A DNA stretch of 47,715 bases from an uncultured Candidatus Saccharibacteria bacterium (GCA_964351105.1 CAYGMC010000003.1:1-47715); one strand, 5' to 3'. Shown: positions 17,499 through 25,557, numbered from the stretch's first letter. Notes: a model not told the origin generated them from the letters alone. Made by a program: numbers and translations.

Positions 17499-17837
17499 TC
17501 AGACGCCGCTCTTTAGATAATCTTTGACTCTCTGGCCATCTTCCAGTTCCTTTTCGCTCTTGTAATAGAGTTCTATGAAAACAATTCGTGTCGACTCTAT
17601 GTGGTGAGCATAAATAACGCGCATCGTCGTAGCCCGCAAATATCGACAAGCAAGGCGGATTTTGTAAATGCACACACCTTCGTCTCTGTAGAGACAATTC
17701 CAGTGTTTGCCGCCCGATTGAGGAGCGGCCCGAGAGAGCGTCAGTTTCAAGCTCTCGAGATCATCCCTTAATGTCAAATATTTCTTGTTTAGTCTCTTCA
17801 ACTCACGAGAAAATTCAGGCAACTCAGCATATTCCAT
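17499..17837 (-). CDS. RelE/ParE-superfamily toxin (HigB/Gp49-like)
   Basis: 112 aa from the ATG at 17837 (the track start at 17849 is TTG). The pattern EFSRELKRLNKKY...YKIRLA...MRVIY...IVFIELYYKSEKE is typical of RelE/ParE-fold toxins. It starts 13 nt after the stop of the antitoxin gene. Confidence 0.7.
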   Translation of the reverse strand: MEYAELPEFSRELKRLNKKYLTLRDDLESLKLTLSRAAPQSGGKHWNCLYRDEGVCIYKIRLACRYLRATTMRVIYAHHIESTRIVFIELYYKSEKELEDGQRVKDYLKSGV

Positions 17838-17849
17838 ATTGGGTAGCAA

Positions 17850-18566
17850 CTAGAGAGGGTCATATTCACGAACAGAAAAGGCATCGGTGCGATAAAATAC
17901 GTGTTCATATTCAAGATTTTTTCCGTCTTCCGCCGCTACATATGGAGTATCTTCATGCGAAAGTCGAGTGAGTTCGGCCGCGCTCTTATCGCCATAACGT
18001 GCAAGCACACTATCGATCATTTCTGTTTCGCGCCCACTGAGTGATGCAAGATCGGCTGATTTGCGCGGTAAGAATTTCCTCTGTTCGTATGCGAAGTAGG
18101 CACTTTTCACTTCTTCCAAGTCGCCATTTTTTTTCATCTCATCCACTACTTTCACGAATTCGCGCGGTGACGGACCGAAATGATTTTTGAAATACGTAAG
18201 ACCCATGAACTGTTCATCGTATTTTTCGTAATAATCGAAATCGATGAAGTAGAGAAGTTTGTAGAGTGCGGTCATGCCGATGTTTGGTTTGCCCGCAGTC
18301 TTTTCCAACATATAAAGGAGCACCTGTTTGAATTTCTCTAATTTTTTTTGAGGCACATTCACGCGTATGTCGCTCACAGAAATTTCGTGCGCCTCCACCA
18401 TACCGAATAATTCGTGCGCGCGTTCTTCCTCCGGCCGTGTCAGTATACGCTCGCCCTTCTCGACTTTTACTAATGTCGGCCGAGACATGCCAAGCTTTCC
18501 TGCGAGATATTCCTGAGTCATGCCGTGCAGTACTCGCTGTTCCTTTATGTTGAGTTTCTGAGCCAT
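17850..18566 (-). CDS. XRE-HTH plus Panacea (DUF4065/SocA-like) domain antitoxin
   Basis: N-terminal LHGMTQEYLAGKLGMSRPTLVKVEKGER is an XRE HTH. The central MTALYKLLYFIDFDYYEKYDEQFMGLTYFKNHFGPSP is the DUF4065 signature. The ATG at 18566 is preferred over the GTG at 18623. Confidence 0.8.
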   Translation of the reverse strand: MAQKLNIKEQRVLHGMTQEYLAGKLGMSRPTLVKVEKGERILTRPEEERAHELFGMVEAHEISVSDIRVNVPQKKLEKFKQVLLYMLEKTAGKPNIGMTALYKLLYFIDFDYYEKYDEQFMGLTYFKNHFGPSPREFVKVVDEMKKNGDLEEVKSAYFAYEQRKFLPRKSADLASLSGRETEMIDSVLARYGDKSAAELTRLSHEDTPYVAAEDGKNLEYEHVFYRTDAFSVREYDPL

Positions 18567-18657
18567 ACAAGAATGATGCCACACAATACACCATGCAGGG
18601 TGAGTTATCAACAGGATGTCCACAATTGTAATATTCTTGTAATAAGTACCGTTATCA

Positions 18658-18685
18658 TTGACATAGACGCACGAGGCACTAAAAT
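18658..18685 (+). promoter_or_regulatory. Near-consensus sigma70-type promoter (TTGACA-16 nt-TAAAAT)
   Basis: -35 TTGACA at 18658-18663 and -10 TAAAAT at 18680-18685. It points toward the small ORF and the terminator at 18907. Confidence 0.45.
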
Positions 18686-18734
18686 ATTACCAACTTGGGT
18701 GACCGAGGATTATCAGCAATAAATCTCAACGCAT

Positions 18735-18866
18735 ATGGCCCATTCAAAAGTGACTAGCAAAGCAGTGGCGAGCAAGGCATCGGCGGTTCTCCGCAATTCA
18801 CACTCGAGTAAAGCGGCGAGGAGCACCGCAGCGAGCGCACTTTCACAGCGTCACCGAAACAAGTAG
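18735..18866 (+). CDS. Candidate small basic Ser/Ala/Lys-rich protein (43 aa)
   Basis: MAHSKVTSKAVASKASAVLRNSHSSKAARSTAASALSQRHRNK. It is below the ORF-track cutoff and has no convincing SD. It is bracketed by the promoter at 18658 and the terminator at 18907. Confidence 0.3.
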   Translation: MAHSKVTSKAVASKASAVLRNSHSSKAARSTAASALSQRHRNK

Positions 18867-18906
18867 CGAAAGTTACCAGCTTGTCGAAAATCTCCAGCTT
18901 TTGCCA

Positions 18907-18930
18907 AAACCCCGCCTTTCGGCGGGGTTT
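18907..18930. terminator. Bidirectional terminator hairpin
   Basis: AAACCCCGCC-TTTC-GGCGGGGTTT between the convergent small transcription unit (+) and the RM gene (-, stop at 18935). Confidence 0.7.
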
Positions 18931-18934
18931 GAAA

Positions 18935-21715
18935 CTATGTCTGAGAACTCAGTTGCTTATACAACCCGAACAAAAACTCTAGCCGCTCGGGCTCGGATTT
19001 GAATACTCGTTTGCTGTGCCCGTCCGAAGCCTTGTGCGGAGGATGGCCGTAACAGGCATCAACGGCTTTATCGAGCGCTTTGTGCGCCTTGAGGAGATCG
19101 GCGGGCATGGTGTTGGGATCATAGAGATCGGCGAGAGTCGAGCTTGGGTACTTCGCCCGCACATCCAGCACTTCCTGCGCCGCGTCTTCCACCGCCTTTT
19201 TCTGCACATCACTCGGCTTCTCCGGCCACGGGAAATTGTTGTAGACGATGTCTTTTGAGTACCGATAGCGACTTTCTAGTCGGCCGGCAACTGCCCGCAT
19301 CCACGCCATGTGCATTTCGCTTTCGAGAATGCCAAAGTGGTAGAGGGTGGCATCGGAAATGACAAATAAAAGGTCGCTCGAAATGGTAGTCCGATTTTCA
19401 AAACCAACGGGAATGTATTTGCGCTTTTCTGATGATACCTTTGGGACGACCAAATAATTTCCTTCGGGCATATTCTCGACATGAAATCGAGTGGGCTTGT
19501 CTGCGAGTTTGCGTGTCGGCGCGCTTTTACTCATTGAACGGAATTGTCGTACTGATTCGATACGTCGCATGACCTCGGGCATTGCTTTCAGGTCTTCTGG
19601 ATTTGCTTTTCCAAGCCACAAACACCATCGTTCCCATCCATTAAGAAATTCGTCCGAGCCAATCCACCGACGAAAGAATTTTGCCGCGTTAGGTTCTTTC
19701 TTCAAAAACTCCTCTTTTTCTTCGGTGCTGAAAAGGTACATCCCGCCATCGATCGGTTTGTTGCCTATGCCGATTTCCGGCACATCGCAAATCGGCTTGC
19801 TGCGACTTTCGAGAAAGATGTCCGGTGCGTCCACAAGATACGGCGCGATATGTTTGGCCGCTACCTCCCGAGGCTCGCCACGAATATCGTCGTATTCGTA
19901 AATGAACAGATGTTTTCCTTCATGCAAGCCGAATCCGACGATGACACAATACACGGCGGCCTTGCCTGGGGCCTCGTTGCTCCACTTGAATGTGCGGTGT
20001 GCGAAGCGTATATGTACACCGAACTTAACCGTAAGCTCTTTCCATAAAATACCTACTTGCTCACCTTGCGTGATGGAATTGGTCGAGACGAATGCGACAT
20101 CGATATTCGTACCTTGAATGTACTGCGCGGCTTTGAGGTACCATCCCGAAACGTAGTCCAGCACGCCACCACCTTTTCCAAAAAGCTCTGCAATTTCTGC
20201 GCGTTGTTCGTCGGACATTATTTTCGAGCCAATGAATGGTGGGTTTCCCAAAATGTAGGTGAGCTTTTCTTTGGGTACCACGGTTTCCCAATCAATTTGC
20301 AATGCACTGACACCACTCACGATGTGTGGCTGTTCGGTGAGCGGAAGTTTGCGGAATGGCTTGCCGAAATACTCGCCGAGTTCAATGTTCATCATGTGAT
20401 CCATGAGCCAGAGCGATAGCTTGGCTATTTCGGCTGGGAACGCTTCTATCTCGATGCCGTACATCCGCTCTACGGAAAGCTTGGAAAGCTTTTTGATGTC
20501 GACCTCAAATGGGAGGAGGCTATGGCCAGCATCCACTTTCGCGCTCCCGTGTTTGTAGAGTCGCTTGATTATCTCGAGCTCTATGCGGCGCAGTTCGCGA
20601 TACGCGATGACGAGGAAGTTGCCGCAACCACATGCCGGATCGAGTAATGTGATCGCCGCGATCTTTGCCCACAGTGCATTCAGTTTTTCGTGATTTGTTT
20701 TTGCGGCTTCGAGCTCGGCGTGTAATTCATCGAGAAAGAGGCCGTTGATCACTTTGAGGATGTTTTGCTCACTTGTGTAATGCGCGCCGAGATCGTGCCG
20801 TTCTTTCTCATTCAAGACCGATTGGAACATCGAGCCGAAGATGGCGGGTGAGATGCGCGACCAATTGAATTCAACGCAGGTCATGAGCGTATCGCGAATT
20901 TCGCGCGAGCCAAAAACGGCGGGAATGGGTACAGCAAAAAGGCCGCCATTTACGTATGGGAGCGCTTTCAGTGCGTCGGGCATAGTGTCTTGACGACGCT
21001 CATCGGGGGTATTGAGTACGTAAAAAATTTGTCCGAGATGTGCGCCGATATCAGAGCCATCTGTTTTGGTGTTTTCTTCGAGGTAGCGGCGCATATCGTT
21101 GCGATTGAAAATACCGGTGTCGTCGGCAAAGAAACAAAACACGAGGCGAGTGAGAAGCGGCGAGATGTGTTCGGTGGGATAGTGTGAGATCTTGAGCGCT
21201 TCGTAGAGCTTTCCTATCGCGCGCACGGCACGCACGTTGATCGGGTCCTCTTCTTTGTACTCGCGCACTTCTTCATCGGTGAGAAAAGCAAAGCGCTGAA
21301 TATTGTCTGAAAGATCCTCCAAAGCAAACTCGAATTCCCTATCCTCTTTTGGTGCTTCGAGATCGTAGATGCGAAATCGGGCGAAATCGGAAACGACGAT
21401 GTATCGCGGTTTTTCATCTTCCGAGAGAGCGTCCATGTAATTTGCCGCCTGCAGAAAAGCACTGTCGAGACTCTTGCCAAGTGATTTGTGCTCGACAATG
21501 AAATTATCGGGTGCAAAAAAATCGATCTTGCCCGCGCCCCCTTTGATCAGCTTTACGCGCTCTTCAAAAATGCCGAGCGAACGTTCGCGCACATCGAAAA
21601 TATCGAAGAAGCGCACCCAAAATGCTTTTGCCCATTTGTCCTCGTCTTTCGCATCCTTCCACTCATGCGAAAAGGCGATCGCTTTATCTTGGATGTCGCG
21701 CCAATTGACCGTCAT
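18935..21715 (-). CDS. Type IIL (MmeI-like) bifunctional restriction endonuclease / N6-adenine DNA methyltransferase
   Basis: The N-terminus MTVNWRDIQDKAIAFSHEWKDAKDE...KIDFFAPDNFIVEHKSLGKSLD parallels the MmeI N-terminal D...ExK nuclease domain. MTase motif I is LDPACGCGNFLV and motif IV is GNPPFIGSK. A long C-terminal TRD completes about 926 aa. The ATG at 21715 is preferred over the TTG at 21733. Confidence 0.9.
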   Translation of the reverse strand: MTVNWRDIQDKAIAFSHEWKDAKDEDKWAKAFWVRFFDIFDVRERSLGIFEERVKLIKGGAGKIDFFAPDNFIVEHKSLGKSLDSAFLQAANYMDALSEDEKPRYIVVSDFARFRIYDLEAPKEDREFEFALEDLSDNIQRFAFLTDEEVREYKEEDPINVRAVRAIGKLYEALKISHYPTEHISPLLTRLVFCFFADDTGIFNRNDMRRYLEENTKTDGSDIGAHLGQIFYVLNTPDERRQDTMPDALKALPYVNGGLFAVPIPAVFGSREIRDTLMTCVEFNWSRISPAIFGSMFQSVLNEKERHDLGAHYTSEQNILKVINGLFLDELHAELEAAKTNHEKLNALWAKIAAITLLDPACGCGNFLVIAYRELRRIELEIIKRLYKHGSAKVDAGHSLLPFEVDIKKLSKLSVERMYGIEIEAFPAEIAKLSLWLMDHMMNIELGEYFGKPFRKLPLTEQPHIVSGVSALQIDWETVVPKEKLTYILGNPPFIGSKIMSDEQRAEIAELFGKGGGVLDYVSGWYLKAAQYIQGTNIDVAFVSTNSITQGEQVGILWKELTVKFGVHIRFAHRTFKWSNEAPGKAAVYCVIVGFGLHEGKHLFIYEYDDIRGEPREVAAKHIAPYLVDAPDIFLESRSKPICDVPEIGIGNKPIDGGMYLFSTEEKEEFLKKEPNAAKFFRRWIGSDEFLNGWERWCLWLGKANPEDLKAMPEVMRRIESVRQFRSMSKSAPTRKLADKPTRFHVENMPEGNYLVVPKVSSEKRKYIPVGFENRTTISSDLLFVISDATLYHFGILESEMHMAWMRAVAGRLESRYRYSKDIVYNNFPWPEKPSDVQKKAVEDAAQEVLDVRAKYPSSTLADLYDPNTMPADLLKAHKALDKAVDACYGHPPHKASDGHSKRVFKSEPERLEFLFGLYKQLSSQT

Positions 21716-21768
21716 GGGGGCATTATGACTCAATTCTCCCGCTTCGTCAGGTTCCTAATTTGGAAACT

Positions 21769-21996
21769 TTATTTCTGTATGTACGGAAGGAGTCCCATGA
21801 AGCGGGCGCGCTTTATTGCCGCTTCCACCGCGCGCTGTTGTTTCGACGTAAGATTCGAGCGTGTCCGGCTCATGATGCGACCATGCGGATTGATAAATTG
21901 CTTCAAGAGGTCTACATCTTTGTAGTCGACATGTCGGATATCATTTTGTGTAAGTATGTTGTTGCTCATATGATTTTGCGAAATTATGCCGCGCAC
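21769..21996 (-). CDS. rpsR: 30S ribosomal protein S18
   Basis: IRHVDYKDVDLLKQFINPHGRIMSRTRSNLTSKQQRAVEAAIKRARFMGLLPY is diagnostic. The start is either the GTG at 21996 or the ATG at 21969. Confidence 0.9.
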   Translation of the reverse strand: MRGIISQNHMSNNILTQNDIRHVDYKDVDLLKQFINPHGRIMSRTRSNLTSKQQRAVEAAIKRARFMGLLPYIQK

Positions 21997-22032
21997 GTCC
22001 TTTAAAGCGCGGCGATTTTCTGTTAATTATAA

Positions 22033-22500
22033 TTAAAACGGTATATCGTCTGGATTTATATCATCTTTTGGATAATCAATGCCAGCTCCCGGGGCTTCGA
22101 CGTGTTCGCCTTCGTCGCTCCGCTGAGCACCTTGTCCTGCACCAGCTGAGCGAGCCGCGCCGCCTCCGGAAGCACGGGGGCCAAATTGTACGCGATCAGC
22201 AACAATCTCGGTACGATACTTTTTTTCTCCACTTGTTTTGTCGTCCCAACTGCGTGTTTGAATACGTCCCTCCACAAAAGCCGAGCTCCCCTTTTTGAGA
22301 TACTGCGCGACGGTATCGGCCTGTCGACCAAATACGACGATGTTGTGAAAATCAGTTTGCTCTTGATTTTTGCCGTCGCGATCCTTGAAAACACGATTGG
22401 TCGCTATCGAGAAACTACACACATTCATCCCCGACGGCAGAGCGCGAAGTTCCGGATCACGCGTAAGATTCCCGAAAATGAATGCTTTGTTGAGATACAT
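22033..22500 (-). CDS. ssb: Single-stranded DNA-binding protein
   Basis: MYLNKAFIFGNLTRDPELR...FHNIVVFGRQADTVAQYLKKGSSAFVEGRIQTRSW, a Gly/Ala-rich tail and the acidic tip DDIPF. Confidence 0.95.
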   Translation of the reverse strand: MYLNKAFIFGNLTRDPELRALPSGMNVCSFSIATNRVFKDRDGKNQEQTDFHNIVVFGRQADTVAQYLKKGSSAFVEGRIQTRSWDDKTSGEKKYRTEIVADRVQFGPRASGGGAARSAGAGQGAQRSDEGEHVEAPGAGIDYPKDDINPDDIPF

Positions 22501-22520
22501 ACATCTGATGATACACTCTA

Positions 22521-23012
22521 TTAGGCGGTAATGACGTCGAGTGCCTTGTCGAGATCTTCTTCAGAAACTGGCTCGGCAGACTCTTCAGCGACTCGCGGAG
22601 CGACTTTGATGATATCGGTACGCTTCACTTCTCGCAATGTTTGAGCCTTGAAGCGAGCGCGTGTCTCCTCACGCACCGTGCGAAATACAATGGAGCGAAT
22701 TACTGCCGGGTTATTTTTTAAACTTTTTTCAAGGAGAGCGGCCGCAGAAGCCGGTGCCTCGATCTTAATCCACCCAAAAAATGCGCGGTCATGCCTGATT
22801 CGTTTTCCTCCTTCTTGTACCTCAATGAGGTAGGCAAGTTTGGTGAGCGAAGGGGCACCTTCGGCAATAAATGTACCTCCCACTTTCTCAATAGCTGAGC
22901 GTATCTCGGAAACAACCTTCTCCACATCCTCTTCTTTTGTGGCGGGCGAGATATGATACCCAATCTCATACACACGAGAAACAACCTCCGCGTCGGTCTC
23001 ATTAACCTCCAT
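22521..23012 (-). CDS. rpsF: 30S ribosomal protein S6
   Basis: YEIGYHISPAT...FGWIKIEA... is the S6 fold pattern, and the gene sits at the head of rpsF-ssb-rpsR. The ATG at 23012 has a GAGG SD 5 nt upstream; the ATG at 23030 has none. Confidence 0.85.
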   Translation of the reverse strand: MEVNETDAEVVSRVYEIGYHISPATKEEDVEKVVSEIRSAIEKVGGTFIAEGAPSLTKLAYLIEVQEGGKRIRHDRAFFGWIKIEAPASAAALLEKSLKNNPAVIRSIVFRTVREETRARFKAQTLREVKRTDIIKVAPRVAEESAEPVSEEDLDKALDVITA

Positions 23013-23040
23013 TACTACCTCATCTGTCATATGTAGCGAG

Positions 23041-23069
23041 ACTCTACCACAAGCATTTCACCCTAGCAA
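23041..23069 (-). promoter_or_regulatory. Candidate promoter of rpsF-ssb-rpsR (TTGCTA-17 nt-TAGAGT)
   Basis: Read on the minus strand in the 55-nt gap between the ATG/stop of the flanking genes. Confidence 0.3.
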
Positions 23070-23085
23070 CAAAACCGGCCCTCAA

Positions 23086-24039
23086 TCATGCTCGCCTCGA
23101 GAGCGTCGTGATTGGGCGACTTTGCGTAATGTAAAACTTCCCTCCCTCGTGCGCCCATTCGACATCTACCGGAAAGCCGTGATGTGCTTCGATTTTGAGG
23201 ACGAGATCGGCAAGCTCGTGAATCTGCTCGTCGGTGAGCACTGGCTCCCCCCCCTCCTTCTTGCTCAATTTTCTCCATTCGTTTCCTCCGGCCTTAGAAC
23301 GCCGCAATAATTTCTCTTGTATCGACACATCCTTCGAGATGATACGACGCGGATTCTTTGCGACAACATACGAATCGGGCGTAATGTGTCCCGACACAAT
23401 AGCTTCGCCAAGACCAAATCCCGCTTCAATAACGAGATGCCGGTGATCTTCTGTTACCGGATGCACCGAAAACGCAACGCCCGAAGATTCACTTTCCACC
23501 ATTTTCTGCACCACCACCGCGACCGATATATTCTTTTCGTGCAAATTGTTTTGGATTCGATAGAAGATTGCGCGCGGAGTAAAGAGCGACGCCCAGCATC
23601 GCCGCACGTTTTCAATGAGCGTATCTCGGGTCGTGTTTAAAAATGTATCAAGCTGTCCTGCCCACGCCGCCGAGGCAGAATCTTCGCTCGTCGCACTGGA
23701 TCGTACGGCCACATGGACAGAGCCCATATCCTCGAAATGCGCTTGTACTTCTTTTTCGATAGCACGTGGTACCTCCGATGCAAAAATCAGGTTTTGAATT
23801 TCGGTAGATGCGTTTCCTATAGTGTCTGTCTTCTCCTGGTCCACCGCTCGAAAGAGCTCCTCAATTTTTGTATTCAATTTCGCTTCTGCGAGGAAATGCG
23901 CAAACGCGCTTGCCAGCACTACAAATCCCGACGGTATCGGTATTCCCGCTTTCGTCATTTCTCCAAGCGACGCGCCTTTCCCGCCAGCAGTGGAAACGTG
24001 TCGCTTGTCGAGTTTGGCAACGTGTCGAACGAATCGCAT
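23086..24039 (-). CDS. PEP-utilising enzyme, stand-alone N-terminal ATP-grasp nucleotide-binding domain (PPDK_N-like)
   Basis: VSTAGGKGASLGEMTKAGIPIPSGFVV...VAVRSSATSEDSASAAWAGQLDTFLN...SGVAFSVHPVT...VIEAGFGLGEAIVSG...VDVEWAHEGGKFYITQSRPIT matches the PEP synthase/PPDK N-terminal domain. The ORF stops after this domain. Confidence 0.85.
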   Translation of the reverse strand: MRFVRHVAKLDKRHVSTAGGKGASLGEMTKAGIPIPSGFVVLASAFAHFLAEAKLNTKIEELFRAVDQEKTDTIGNASTEIQNLIFASEVPRAIEKEVQAHFEDMGSVHVAVRSSATSEDSASAAWAGQLDTFLNTTRDTLIENVRRCWASLFTPRAIFYRIQNNLHEKNISVAVVVQKMVESESSGVAFSVHPVTEDHRHLVIEAGFGLGEAIVSGHITPDSYVVAKNPRRIISKDVSIQEKLLRRSKAGGNEWRKLSKKEGGEPVLTDEQIHELADLVLKIEAHHGFPVDVEWAHEGGKFYITQSRPITTLSRRA

Positions 24040-24041
24040 AC

Positions 24042-25127
24042 TTATATCTTATAGAGATCTCGTAGCCAATACGCCTCCCAGTCTTTTCGTTTTAAGAATG
24101 CCGCATATGTAGGAAACTTCGACACGACGCATCGATCCCCGATTTTTGCTTTCATTACATTTCGTATCATCTCCTCACTCGGTCGCGCATCCATACCTGC
24201 AAGGTGAAACAAAGGCGAACACGAGAAGCACATCCACTCTAGAAATTTCATCTTGAGATCTTGCTTGCTCATCTTTTCGTACGCTGACCATTGTTTGACA
24301 GCGCGCTTACCGATATATTCCATCACCTCCTTCATTTTCTTTTGATCGCGATAAAACACGCCGTCTATTTCTACCGCATATTTCCGAAGCCCTCCCATGA
24401 CATCCCCCTTGTAGAGGGTATGCATGCCGATAAATTCGCATTTCACCTGCACACCTTCGTACATCATGTAAAGCTTCATGTCGGTGTACCTGAAACTTCG
24501 CATGGAAGGCCACAGTGTTGTGGGGCGCATCTTGGGATAGTGCTTAATCACAAGCGCGTGGTCTCGTCCAAATTTCTTGGACACATCATACGGCCCATAC
24601 ACTTCTTGCGATTCATCCACGTAGAAATCTCGATAGAGTGCATACGCGAGTGCCGACGCGCTGTTGCCCAAGCGCGAGATAAGACGCGCAACATCAGAAT
24701 TTCCTTTCTCCCACGGAATTCTTTTTATGAGCTTGTCGACCTCTCCCGATGTATGGATGATATTACTTTTCTGCGCCCAAACATCTTTCTTGAAAACTTG
24801 GCGAGTTAGTTTGTCGAAGTAATCAAATACTTCACGAGCCTGCACGTGTGTCGTGTGGTCGCTCATTCCATATTCGTATGCCGCAAAAGAGAAGGCTGGT
24901 CTGATACTCGATGGCGAAAGGAAATCCTTGGCGACTATGCGCAGAGGTACTTTCTTAGTTTTAAGACGCACCACCGCCTCATGCAATTTTTTGATAAAAG
25001 CACCGTTCAAAGCACGGTACCCTGCATAAAAATCTATTGGACCCCAATCGCCCGGCACCATACCAACGTACGCTTGATGTATCGACTTCGTGTATTCATC
25101 TACCCACTGTGGATGCGTCTTTCTCAT
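24042..25127 (-). CDS. Uncharacterised 361-aa protein encoded between the two PEP-utilising domain genes
   Basis: A long clean ORF with balanced, non-low-complexity composition. The ATG at 25127 lies 4 nt after the stop of the swivel-domain gene (TAAGGTTATG), and its own TAA lies 2 nt before the ATP-grasp gene ATG. The track start at 25169 is GTG. I could not recognise a family. Confidence 0.6.
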   Translation of the reverse strand: MRKTHPQWVDEYTKSIHQAYVGMVPGDWGPIDFYAGYRALNGAFIKKLHEAVVRLKTKKVPLRIVAKDFLSPSSIRPAFSFAAYEYGMSDHTTHVQAREVFDYFDKLTRQVFKKDVWAQKSNIIHTSGEVDKLIKRIPWEKGNSDVARLISRLGNSASALAYALYRDFYVDESQEVYGPYDVSKKFGRDHALVIKHYPKMRPTTLWPSMRSFRYTDMKLYMMYEGVQVKCEFIGMHTLYKGDVMGGLRKYAVEIDGVFYRDQKKMKEVMEYIGKRAVKQWSAYEKMSKQDLKMKFLEWMCFSCSPLFHLAGMDARPSEEMIRNVMKAKIGDRCVVSKFPTYAAFLKRKDWEAYWLRDLYKI

Positions 25128-25131
25128 AACC

Positions 25132-25464
25132 TTATAGTGCCCACACTTCCCCCTTTGTACCGTCGACACGGATACGCATGCCGTTTTTCAAAATCTTCGT
25201 CGCTTTTTTGGTATTCACGACACATGGCACACCTATCTCGCGTGCGATAACTGCCGCGTGTGAAGTGATACCTCCGATATCGGTAACAAACGCGGCCGCT
25301 TTGTTCATAAGCACAATCATCGAAGGCTCTGTGAGTTTGGCTACAAGTATGTCTCCCTCATCAAATTTCGGCATTCTTTGCGGATCGCGCACGATTCGCA
25401 CGGCACCCTCCGCGACACCGCGACTCGCGGCCATGCCAGTAAGAATTATTTTATATTTTTTCAT
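25132..25464 (-). CDS. PEP-utilising enzyme mobile (swivelling phospho-histidine) domain, stand-alone 110 aa
   Basis: GMAASRGVAEGAVRIV...GDILVAKLTEPSMIVLMNKAAAFVTDIGGITSHAAVIAREIGVPCVV is the PEP-utilizers signature, including the catalytic His. Confidence 0.85.
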   Translation of the reverse strand: MKKYKIILTGMAASRGVAEGAVRIVRDPQRMPKFDEGDILVAKLTEPSMIVLMNKAAAFVTDIGGITSHAAVIAREIGVPCVVNTKKATKILKNGMRIRVDGTKGEVWAL

Positions 25465-25488
25465 AGTATGTATATGTTAGCAGTTTAA

Positions 25489-25519
25489 TCCCACGGCGCT
25501 CTCAGCGAACGCCGTGGGA
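25489..25519 (-). terminator. GC-rich hairpin downstream of the G+C-rich orphan gene
   Basis: TCCCACGGCG-11 nt-CGCCGTGGGA, a 10-bp stem with no clear U-run. Confidence 0.4.
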
Positions 25520-25557
25520 CCTTTTGATCACCTCCTTTCAGTCGTTAGAGATCAGGG

